NCBI GenBank assembly: GCA_017381395.1 | Contig: JAFOCH010000095.1 | Coordinates: 1 to 29,889, forward strand | Direction of reading: 5' to 3' | Source: Clostridia bacterium | GTDB lineage: Bacteria > Bacillota > Clostridia > Oscillospirales > Acutalibacteraceae | DNA length: 29,889 bases | Part shown: positions 1-7,165 of the stretch, one piece after another | Layout: each line of letters starts with the position of its first letter | Position numbering within the stretch: the stretch's first letter is position 1 | Notes under the pieces: generated by a model | Seen by the model: the letters and a program-made list of their open reading frames with translations, nothing else | Databases searched by the model: none | What the model was told of the DNA's origin: nothing | Translations under genes and position numbers: made by a program

Positions 1-1
1 A

Positions 2-820
2 TTTTGCCAGGTGTGCGGAAGTGCCGAGTTCATTACCAATAATGTTCCTACAAATCAACCTGTTTATAATCAAAACCAGTACAATCAGCAGCCTACGGTT
101 AATCAGACATGGCAACCCCCTGTTCCTCAAAATCAACCCAAGAAAAAGAAAACTGGGTTGATTATTGGTATTGTTGCAGCTGTATTAATTGTTCTTGCAA
201 TAATTGGTATGGTTGCTGAAAAGGTATTCCAAGAGCAGGGATACGGTGATAACACCGGTAATAATGGTGATTTTAGCTATAATATTGGTGAATCGGGTGG
301 CACAACAAATAATAGCTCACAGGAAACGCCTGAAAAACTGTACTATTCTAAGGGCACTTTTGATGGCTCGGTTTATGAAAACAAATGGGCAGATATCAAA
401 TTTACATTGCCTGAGGGATTCTCTGACGCTGATTCATCAACATATATGGCGGCTGAAAATTCAAACACTGAGTGTGGTATGTACTTCATGGCTGATGATA
501 CAATGGGCTTGATATATATTTGCTATGAAAAACTTCCTACTTTCCCAGTATATGATGAAGAAGAATATCTTGATTCTGCAATGAAATCTTTACAGAATGT
601 ATCGGGTGTCACATATAAAATTCCTGATACATATTCTACTGCGACCATCGGTGGCTACGCTTATGCAAAAGCAGAATGTGAATTTAATAACGGCAACGGT
701 GATTTCGCCAATACTTTTTATACCAGAAAACTTGATAATTATATGATTGTCATTTCTGCAATCGGTGTCAATTCCGAATATAATGATGCTTTGGTAGCTA
801 ATATAACAACTGCTAAATAA
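2..820 (+). CDS. Zinc-ribbon / single-TM membrane protein with extracellular domain (5'-truncated by the window edge); paralogue of 20465-21424
   Basis: The frame is open from base 2 (FCQVCGS, a CxxC half of a zinc ribbon). It has a Q/P/N-rich linker, KKKK plus one TM (TGLIIGIVAAVLIVLAIIG) and then AEKVFQEQGYGD, as in the paralogue. Stop TAA at 818-820. Confidence 0.85.
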   Translation, partial: FCQVCGSAEFITNNVPTNQPVYNQNQYNQQPTVNQTWQPPVPQNQPKKKKTGLIIGIVAAVLIVLAIIGMVAEKVFQEQGYGDNTGNNGDFSYNIGESGGTTNNSSQETPEKLYYSKGTFDGSVYENKWADIKFTLPEGFSDADSSTYMAAENSNTECGMYFMADDTMGLIYICYEKLPTFPVYDEEEYLDSAMKSLQNVSGVTYKIPDTYSTATIGGYAYAKAECEFNNGNGDFANTFYTRKLDNYMIVISAIGVNSEYNDALVANITTAK

Positions 821-831
821 GGAGAAGGATT

Positions 832-1857
832 ATGGCACGTTATATAAAAGATTTTCAAATAAATGTAGATCCTCAGACTGCCCACTCTGCAGTTAATCAA
901 TATCTACAAAAAGAAGGATATGAATACATTAATTATGATGGGGAAAATGTATTCAAAAAAGGCCAGGGAGTATGGTCAAACCCAACTTTTTTTAAATTTT
1001 CATACGCTGGCCATGTGGTAAGAATGGAAACTTGGATGAAGTACGCATTCTTTCCAGGCGTTTATGTCGGAGAATTAGGTGTAACGGGATTTGTTGGTAG
1101 TGCGATGAAAGGACCTTGGAAAAAGAGAATCGCTTATTTGGAAAATGTTCTTTCAAGTATGGCAGCACAAACAACCTACTATCCTCCAACCTCTGTTCAA
1201 AATACAGCTGCTACATTTGAGGATAATGAAACTCAACTTCTCAATGAAAATGATGTGTTTGAGGAAACTTGTGTTTTGTCAGAAAATAAAGCAGAAGTTC
1301 CTTCTGAGGTTGTTGCTTTCTGCATAAGTTGTGGAGCGCAGTTGCCTTCTGGGACGTTATTTTGTTCTGTTTGCGGTCAAAAGAGGGATAATGTTACCCC
1401 CACCCAATCGGGTAATTCATACGTTCAGGAAGAACCTCAGCCTCAGCCGCAATATACTAACCCCTTCGATGCTCAAGCAACTGCCGCATATCCGCCCGCA
1501 GGTCAGTATGTTAGCAGAAAAGAATTTATTGAAAAATATGTGCAGCCGTCTTTACGTAAAAACATAAAAAGCATTTCGATTCTGTGCTATGTTTGTGCAG
1601 GCCTTACATTCTTGATGTCGATTGCAGTTAATCCTTATGGAATTATTGATGCTCTCGTACTGTTAGGATTCGCTCTTGGGATGCACATTGCAAAAAGCAG
1701 AGTCTGTGCAATTCTAATCCTTATTTTAAGCATATTGGAAGTTATCTTATCACTCATTGTCGGAGCATTCCCGTTCTGGTGGTTAATTGCTGGTATTTCT
1801 GCTGTAATTACTTTTAATAAGATCGAGAAACAGTATAAAGAGTTTTTGAAGAGATAA
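832..1857 (+). CDS. Membrane protein: unassigned N-terminal domain, acidic Thr-containing linker, double zinc ribbon, ~4-TM C-terminal domain
   Basis: RBS AAGGAGAAGG precedes the ATG. Contains FCISCG-x8-FCSVCG. The C-terminal ~110 aa closely match the C-terminus of 21563-22243. Confidence 0.9.
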   Translation: MARYIKDFQINVDPQTAHSAVNQYLQKEGYEYINYDGENVFKKGQGVWSNPTFFKFSYAGHVVRMETWMKYAFFPGVYVGELGVTGFVGSAMKGPWKKRIAYLENVLSSMAAQTTYYPPTSVQNTAATFEDNETQLLNENDVFEETCVLSENKAEVPSEVVAFCISCGAQLPSGTLFCSVCGQKRDNVTPTQSGNSYVQEEPQPQPQYTNPFDAQATAAYPPAGQYVSRKEFIEKYVQPSLRKNIKSISILCYVCAGLTFLMSIAVNPYGIIDALVLLGFALGMHIAKSRVCAILILILSILEVILSLIVGAFPFWWLIAGISAVITFNKIEKQYKEFLKR

Positions 1858-1997
1858 AGAATATAAGGAAAACGGTTGTTTTATCTTTATAACGTAGGAT
1901 TGTTTTGCACGTTAATAATAACACTGTACAAAATTGTTTTAATGTAGGTTCTACGGTAAATAATGTTAGAAAATTGGTTAAAAGGGGCAAAACTTAG

Positions 1998-3698
1998 ATG
2001 AAAAGAATAATTAGTTTATCCATTACCATCACATTGCTTTTGACGATGCTATTGTCATTTTCTGGCTGTAGTCCAAAGGCTAGTGAATGATTAGAATTTT
2101 CTTCTAATGGTGATGGGACATGTAAATGGACTGGCATAGGAACATGTGTTGATACAGAAATTATCGTTCCAGAAAAGAATGGTGATGAAACAGTTGTTAG
2201 TGTTGCAAGCAACACACTCAATTTTGAGATCGACACTGTAGTAACAAAAGTTGTGTTACCTAAAACAATAAAGACAATCGAAAAAGATGCTTTTGATAGA
2301 TTGCGTAGCTTAGTTGAAATTAAATTGAACGAAGGTCTTGAAAGCATTGGTGAAAACGCTTTTTATGGTTGTGAGGCGTTAGAGTCAATTACTTTTCCTT
2401 CGACACTAAAATCTATTGGTGAGTGGGCTTTTTGCGAATGCAAATTATTAACAGAAATTGTTTTGCCTGAAGGATTCGAAGAACTTGGAAAATTTTCTTT
2501 CAGTGATTGTACTGCCATTAAAAAGATTTCTATTCCTTCAACCTTGAACAAACTTCATTTTATATCGGCAGATGGTGGAAATTGCGGTTATGAATTTGAT
2601 ACAACAAGTATTGAAGAATTTACTTTTGCAGGCGACTGGAAATATACTACTCTCGACATGGGAATGAGTGATGAAGGCAAAATTTATTTTTACGGTTCGT
2701 TAGCTAGAGACATTTCTAACGAGGAGTATCCGGGAACTTTTGAAGAGATAACAGAAAAGAATAAAGAATCCATTATTTGCGCTTTGTTAAATAAACAGTC
2801 TTTGAAAATCAATGATAAGAATTGCTCTATTACAAGTGAAAAACCAACAGGAATTTATGAGGTCCCTGGTATGTGGGGATTTACTTTGCAGGAATTTACG
2901 AAAGATAACAAATTAAATGTTTCTTATGAACAAATGATGGGCGGCGTCGTAAAGGATGTTGTGTCAAACGAATATACTTATGACGAGGAACTAAAGGCAT
3001 ATACATTTTCTCAAAGTACAACTCTTGAGGGTCAAAGTATTACAATAGAGAAAATCTTTGTAAACTTTGGTGATTTCGTTTTCTCTGTTGATTATTCTAA
3101 AATTGACAGCAGTGAAGATGCATCAATACATAAATGGATTCCTTACAGCGAAACCATTAAAGAATACATTGAAGAAGATGTTGAACTCGAAGAAGAAAAA
3201 GTTGAAGAAATTGTTGAGAAGAAGGACAACTTGTTGAATGATCTTATTGAAGCATTTAAAGCTGCTGGTATAAAAGTTAATGTTGATGAAACGACCGGTG
3301 AACTTGCATTACACTCGTCTGTATTGTTCGGCGGAGACTCGGCTGTTTTGACTGCTGAAGGTAAAACTTTCTTGAATAAGTTTGTTGATGTTTATACTTC
3401 TATTGTTTTCTCTGATAAGTATGCAGGTTTTGTTTCAAAAACTATGATAGAAGGACATACTGCTCCGGTATCCGGTAGCACCTATGAAAGTGGATTGCCG
3501 TTGTCAGAGCAGAGAGCTAACAATGTTAAAAATTATTGCGTTTCTTCTGAGACGGGTGTAGACACAAGCAAACTTGCTGCTAATTTGGAGGCAACAGGAC
3601 TTTCTAACAGTAAGCCGGTTTATGATAATAGTGGTAAAGTTGATATGGCGGCATGCCGTCGCGTTTCCTTTAGATTTATTGTTAATTTAGATAAGTAG
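1998..3698 (+). pseudogene. Lipoprotein with BspA-type LRR (LRR_5) region and C-terminal OmpA/MotB-like domain, interrupted by an in-frame TGA at 2088-2090
   Basis: ATG 1998 gives signal peptide MKRIISLSITITLLLTMLLSFSG-C (lipobox), then SPKASE*LEFSSNGDGTC, continuing in frame into ORF 2253-3698. LRR repeats: LPKTIKTIEKDAF, LNEGLESIGENAF, FPSTLKSIGEWAF. OmpA-like motifs: EGHT, LSEQRA, RRVSF. Confidence 0.85.
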
Positions 3699-3718
3699 GG
3701 ATTACTATGTTTAATGCT

Positions 3719-3755
3719 GAATATATGTCGCCATCGTAAGAGGCGACATATATTT
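3719..3755 (+). terminator. Intrinsic terminator-like hairpin
   Basis: AAATATATGTCGCC-N9-GGCGACATATATTT, ~20 nt after the stop at 3698. Confidence 0.75.
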
Positions 3756-3762
3756 GTATATT

Positions 3763-4020
3763 GAAAACCATGCGATAGTCGCGTGGTTCAAAAGAGGTTA
3801 ACCGATGAATAAAATCTTCCATTTGTGTTAAGATAGTAAAGATCTGTCAGTCAAACTAAAAACATAAATAGAGGATTTATTGATGAAAAAGAAGAAACTA
3901 ACACAAGTAGTTTAGCACATACAAAATCGAACTGTATGTATCATATAGTTTTTGCGCCTAAGTACAGAAGGAAAGCGCTTTATGAAAATAAGAGATTAGA
4001 AATACGCGATATTTTGATAA
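3763..4020 (+). mobile_element. tnpA: IS200/IS605-family remnant: left-end hairpin plus frameshifted, truncated tnpA (Y1 HUH transposase)
   Basis: Hairpin AACCATGCGA-TAG-TCGCGTGGTT at 3766-3788. RBS GAGG and ATG 3883; after a frameshift the sequence reads TSSLAHTKSNCMYHIVFAPKYRRKALYENKRLEIRDIL, the typical IS200 TnpA N-terminus. It ends before the HUH motif and catalytic Tyr. Confidence 0.85.
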
Positions 4021-4088
4021 ATAGATGCGTTATCGCAGATGTTGTTGCAATGATGTTAAGGTGGTGTTTCTTATTTTAATATAGTGAT

Positions 4089-4354
4089 CACCCAACCCCG
4101 TCTCTTTCCACTTGTTTCGTGGTCAGGGGCGGGGTCAAAAGTTGTTGCGAGCCCTGAAAACGTGTTGAAATAAGGGCTTTTTGCACAAAGGGGTTAGTTC
4201 TCCAAAACCGTGTGCCGTGGGGCGCGTCGGTGAGCGCCGCAAAAAGCGGATTGAGCGAGCCGAAAGCGGGTGCCGCGGTCGAAATTCGCCGAGCGAAAGG
4301 GAGGATGAGCGAATTTCGGGCACCGCAAACGGGCGAGTCCTTCTGCCCCTGCCA
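4089..4354 (+). repeat. 266-bp direct repeat copy A (putative att junction: left arm + tRNA-Trp 3' half with insert)
   Basis: Aligns without gaps to 19840-20105 with 17 mismatches (manual count). Contains TCGTGGTCAGGGGCGGGGTCAAAA. Confidence 0.95.
4199..4354 (+). pseudogene. 3' half of tRNA-Trp(CCA), T-loop interrupted by a 112-nt insert (4222-4333)
   Basis: T-CTCCAAA-ACCGT-GTGCC-GTGGG [insert] CGAGT-CCTTC-TGCCCCT-G-CCA matches canonical positions 31-76 with anticodon CCA at 4202-4204. There is no D-arm or 5' anticodon stem. Confidence 0.85.
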
Positions 4355-4355
4355 T

Positions 4356-4395
4356 GAAAACACCGTAATTGTGATATCACAATTACGGTGCTTTC
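4356..4395 (+). terminator. Perfect hairpin directly after the tRNA CCA end
   Basis: CACCGTAATTGTGA-TA-TCACAATTACGGTG. Shares the AAAACACCG...CGGTG frame with the hairpins at ~6614 and ~20108. Confidence 0.6.
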
Positions 4396-4396
4396 A

Positions 4397-4563
4397 GCTA
4401 TATTCGCCTTCGGCGAGCTATATTGGCTGCGCCAGTTATATTTGCTTCGCAAGTGATATTGGGCTTTGCCCAGTTTTGGAGGCGAATATAATATCACTGC
4501 TGCGCAGCAGCAATATAACTTTCACGCAGTGAAAATATCACTCCGGCAAAGCCGGAATATAAC
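4397..4563. repeat. Branched palindromic (REP/BIME-like) array
   Basis: Four G(C/T)(T/G)ATATT octamers (4397, 4417, 4435, 4453), each followed by a short GC hairpin. Four inverted AATAT(C/A)AC octamers (4490, 4512, 4534, 4556) are separated by hairpins. Confidence 0.8.
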
Positions 4564-4567
4564 TTTA

Positions 4568-4603
4568 AATGCCCAGCCAGGATTGTTTTCCCGGTTGGGC
4601 ATT
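4568..4603. terminator. Hairpin, possible terminator for the minus-strand genes
   Basis: AATGCCCAGCC-N14-GGTTGGGCATT. Confidence 0.5.
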
Positions 4604-4720
4604 CTGCGTTTTAAGACCCGTTTTCCATAACAAATCGTTAGAATTATGGGGGTATCGGGTTTGTGAGGTAATCATTAGAATTGTGGGTAATCGTTGGATT
4701 TATGAGAAACAATATCACAA

Positions 4721-4742
4721 ACACACAGAACCGTCCCCTGTG
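4721..4742 (+). repeat. 22-bp inverted repeat, left copy
   Basis: ACACACAGAACCGTCCCCTGTG; its reverse complement matches 6459-6480 at 21/22. It is itself a hairpin (ACACAG/CTGTGT). Confidence 0.85.
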
Positions 4743-4784
4743 TTCTTGCCGCTGTTTTGCTGCGTTCCGGTTTATATAACCTTA

Positions 4785-5438
4785 TTATCTGCCAATCATC
4801 TTTTTATATTTGGCTTCATTCTCTGAGGAGTATCTTAAAAGCAATTCCGTATCACTTCTTTTTTGCAATTCCACAATAGCACTTTTTAGGATGGCATCGT
4901 ATCTTCGGTTATGGCATTCGATTCCTGAATAGCTAATGATTCCGTCGTTTTTTGTACCAAGTTTAATGGATGCATAACCCTTATAGGTTGAAGTATAGAT
5001 CCAATAAATTTCATTGCACGGTATTGGCAATCTCTTAAAGTTTTTGGGGAACAGGTATTTATCCGACAATATTGCCTTATCTCCGAACTCAACTACTTTG
5101 CTGGTCTCTAAGTCAAAGATCATTTCTCTTATTGTATCGGTTCTTTCAAGCTCTTTTATTCTTTTAAACAATTTGATGATGCGTGGCAATCTGATTAATG
5201 CATAAAGGCCAGGATATACGCAAAGGAAAGCAACAGAACCCAATACTATATACAGCCAATAAATTAACAGGGACTCTTCGCCGGTAAAGCCCATAGCAAC
5301 AAGTATGGCACAGATTAAGAGCATGGTAGCTAACGTTACCAGCATAAAAACGGACACAATTTTACCACGTATGATTTTTGCTTTGAATTTTCTTACTTTT
5401 TTATTTAGTTCTTTACTCGTGATCTCAGTTTTATTCAT
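4785..5438 (-). CDS. Hypothetical membrane protein (2 N-terminal TMs + soluble domain; DUF6709-like by appearance)
   Basis: 217-aa ORF with RBS GGAG before the ATG, two hydrophobic segments, and 15 nt spacing from the upstream gene. The family call is by eye only. Confidence 0.75.
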   Translation of the reverse strand: MNKTEITSKELNKKVRKFKAKIIRGKIVSVFMLVTLATMLLICAILVAMGFTGEESLLIYWLYIVLGSVAFLCVYPGLYALIRLPRIIKLFKRIKELERTDTIREMIFDLETSKVVEFGDKAILSDKYLFPKNFKRLPIPCNEIYWIYTSTYKGYASIKLGTKNDGIISYSGIECHNRRYDAILKSAIVELQKRSDTELLLRYSSENEAKYKKMIGR

Positions 5439-5453
5439 AAGGTTTCTCCACTA

Positions 5454-6263
5454 TTATTTCTTGCTAAGCTGGCATTCTATTTCTATCCCTGCTTCTGTGT
5501 TTATCCTTTTGATGTACCGGAGCATCCTTTTGCACGGCATAAGATTATACGTTAGGATTGCTAAGTTAAGATAATCCGGGTCGTTTTTTATCGCCTCGTC
5601 TATATGGTTTTTCTTTATGTATTTTTTAACATCAAGAAAAGGACAGATCATTTTCATTAAAAGCAGCGGAATTGCAATGATAAGAAGCGCAATGATCGTT
5701 ACTTTGTTCCACATTTTTTGAATGATGGAAAAGGCAATATACATCGCTATAATACTACCAGGTCCAGGTCCATCCAGAAAACGCACAAAGCTATTCGGTC
5801 TGTAATTATCAATAATTTCTTTTATCGTGAAACCTTTTGTTGACTTTTTCTTCGCTTTTTTCTCAGGTGCTATTGATTTTACGCTGGGATCTACTGAAAC
5901 AGTCTTAACAGTAAATACGATCAGATCGCATTTATCCTCATCTGTTTTTTTGAAAATCTTTTCGTTTTCTTCGATATTATTGGGAACAAGAACCGCAATA
6001 TTCTTGCCTAATTCTTTTATATAAACATTGTTGATTGTACTTTCTTTCGTTTTTTTCGAAACAACTGCATCAAATTCTACATATAAACTACGCTTGTTCT
6101 CATCAAAAAATTCATTTGTAGATTGTTTTACAACTTCAAGATCATCACGACTGTTATCAACACGCTTACCGGCATCTTGTGATATCGGACAGCCACAGTG
6201 TACACACGCATTTGCTCTATCGGATATTTCTCTGCCACATTCCTCACATTTAATTAAAGCCAT
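5454..6263 (-). CDS. Zinc-ribbon domain membrane protein
   Basis: N-terminus MALIKCEECGREISDRANACVHCGCPI, RBS GGAGG, two TM segments in the C-terminal third. Confidence 0.85.
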   Translation of the reverse strand: MALIKCEECGREISDRANACVHCGCPISQDAGKRVDNSRDDLEVVKQSTNEFFDENKRSLYVEFDAVVSKKTKESTINNVYIKELGKNIAVLVPNNIEENEKIFKKTDEDKCDLIVFTVKTVSVDPSVKSIAPEKKAKKKSTKGFTIKEIIDNYRPNSFVRFLDGPGPGSIIAMYIAFSIIQKMWNKVTIIALLIIAIPLLLMKMICPFLDVKKYIKKNHIDEAIKNDPDYLNLAILTYNLMPCKRMLRYIKRINTEAGIEIECQLSKK

Positions 6264-6301
6264 TTTATACCTCCCAATCGAGAATAATGATTAACATAAA
6301 A

Positions 6302-6330
6302 ATTATACCATACGGTTGTGGGTTTTTCAA
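6302..6330 (-). promoter_or_regulatory. Sigma-A promoter for 6263->4785
   Basis: Minus strand TTGAAA-N17-TATAAT with TGn extension. Confidence 0.7.
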
Positions 6331-6392
6331 CAGTTTTAATAGCCCAGGAGCCGATTCTGTTTGCGCTCTTGTATAAACCCTTTAACGATTCC

Positions 6393-6452
6393 CTAAAGGA
6401 ATGCTATGAAACAGAGTATTGGCTAGAACGGATGCAAAAAGCAGATCTATTA
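6393..6452 (+). pseudogene. Fragment of a four-helix-bundle (TIGR02436/'S23' IVS, Avd-like fold) gene
   Basis: Reads LKECYETEYWLERMQKADLL, resembling the family motif (A)LKExxETxYWLELL. Both termini are missing. Confidence 0.55.
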
Positions 6453-6458
6453 CTGCAG

Positions 6459-6480
6459 CACAGGGGACGGTTCTATGTGT
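6459..6480 (-). repeat. 22-bp inverted repeat, right copy
   Basis: CACAGGGGACGGTTCTATGTGT, the inverse of 4721-4742 with 1 mismatch. Confidence 0.85.
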
Positions 6481-6501
6481 TAATTGGCATAAAAACAACC
6501 A

Positions 6502-6582
6502 TGACCCCCTCTGTGAAAATTCCGACCCTCTCTCGGTCTAAAAACGACCCCCCTTAACCGGAAAAACGACCCCCGGGGGTCG
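6502..6582 (-). repeat. Cluster of GACCC(C) direct repeats ending in palindrome GACCCCCGGGGGTC
   Basis: TGACCCCC, CGACCCTC, AAAAACGACCCCCC and AAAAACGACCCCCGGGGGTCG at roughly 22-nt spacing. Confidence 0.6.
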
Positions 6583-6611
6583 CAGCATTTCAAAATTAGG
6601 GTTCTTACACA

Positions 6612-6772
6612 CAAAAAACACCGAAAAACCTTGATATATAAGGGTTTTCGGTGTTTTTTTTGTTTTTCACTCTCTTACAAAAATTCACAGTCAAAACTAC
6701 CTCTTTTCACTTGATTTTACCTATTTCGTGGTCAAATCGTGGTCAAAATCAGGGTCAAAAAGTGGTCAAAAA
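6612..6772 (+). repeat. Putative right (P'-type) att arm with four GTGGTCAAA-like direct repeats
   Basis: Homologous to 20106-20232 (AAAACACCGAAAAACnTTGATATAT...TTTCGGTG...CTTACA...TTTCG(T/C)GGTCAAATCG). Repeats: GTGGTCAAA, GTGGTCAAAA, AGGGTCAAAA, GTGGTCAAAA. Confidence 0.75.
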
Positions 6773-6934
6773 TGAGCGGAAAACACGCGGGAAATGAGTA
6801 AGACGGCGACATGGTTTTCCCATTTCTCGTTTATTTTATTTATTTAATAAAAGTTACGAAAATTCTGCACAACTCGCATTTTTTTAATATTCCGAAAAGC
6901 AAAATATAAAACTCTAATAAATGATGTTTATATA

Positions 6935-6963
6935 TTGCCAAATTTGTCGAAACGTTGTATAAT
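6935..6963 (+). promoter_or_regulatory. Sigma-A promoter of the pilus locus
   Basis: TTGCCA-N17-TATAAT. Confidence 0.6.
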
Positions 6964-7165
6964 ACAATGTTATAGGGGGAACTATGCCCATTAGTTAAAA
7001 AACAATAAAAGACAGATACAGAAGGTCAGTGCAGTGCGCTTTTGTTAATCGCACAAATAAGGGATAATGGAGACCTTTTAAATCAAAAAAACAAAAATAC
7101 ATATGCGAAACTATTCGTAATGTATAAAGAGTTTATTTGATATAAGCTTTATAGAAGGTTTTGCA

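Noticed and set aside
2088-2090. Genome-wide TGA recoding (Gly/Trp/Sec)
   Set aside because: TGA terminates 20465-21424 at the same point as its TAA-ending paralogue, Trp is encoded by TGG elsewhere, and I saw no other in-frame TGA in the called genes.
1994-2347. Minus-strand 117-aa ORF
   Set aside because: Antisense to the lipoprotein 5' region, which has a clear signal peptide and LRR cap.
4222-4333. Group I or group II intron in tRNA
   Set aside because: Too short at 112 nt, no U at the 5' junction, no recognisable P7 or domain V, and precise excision would not restore the TT.
4189-4354. Functional tRNA-Trp gene
   Set aside because: No D-arm, no 5' anticodon stem, and a broken T-loop in both copies.
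4088-4532. ORFs 4088-4363, 4135-4497, 4212-4532 and counterparts at 19886-20289
   Set aside because: Artefacts of GC-rich palindromic repeats: no RBS, and the frames are not conserved in length between copies.
4397-4563. CRISPR array
   Set aside because: The repeats are 8-mers in two orientations with 9-14-nt palindromic spacers; no cas genes.
6393-6452. Diversity-generating retroelement
   Set aside because: No reverse transcriptase, and no TR/VR pair with adenine-specific differences was noticed.
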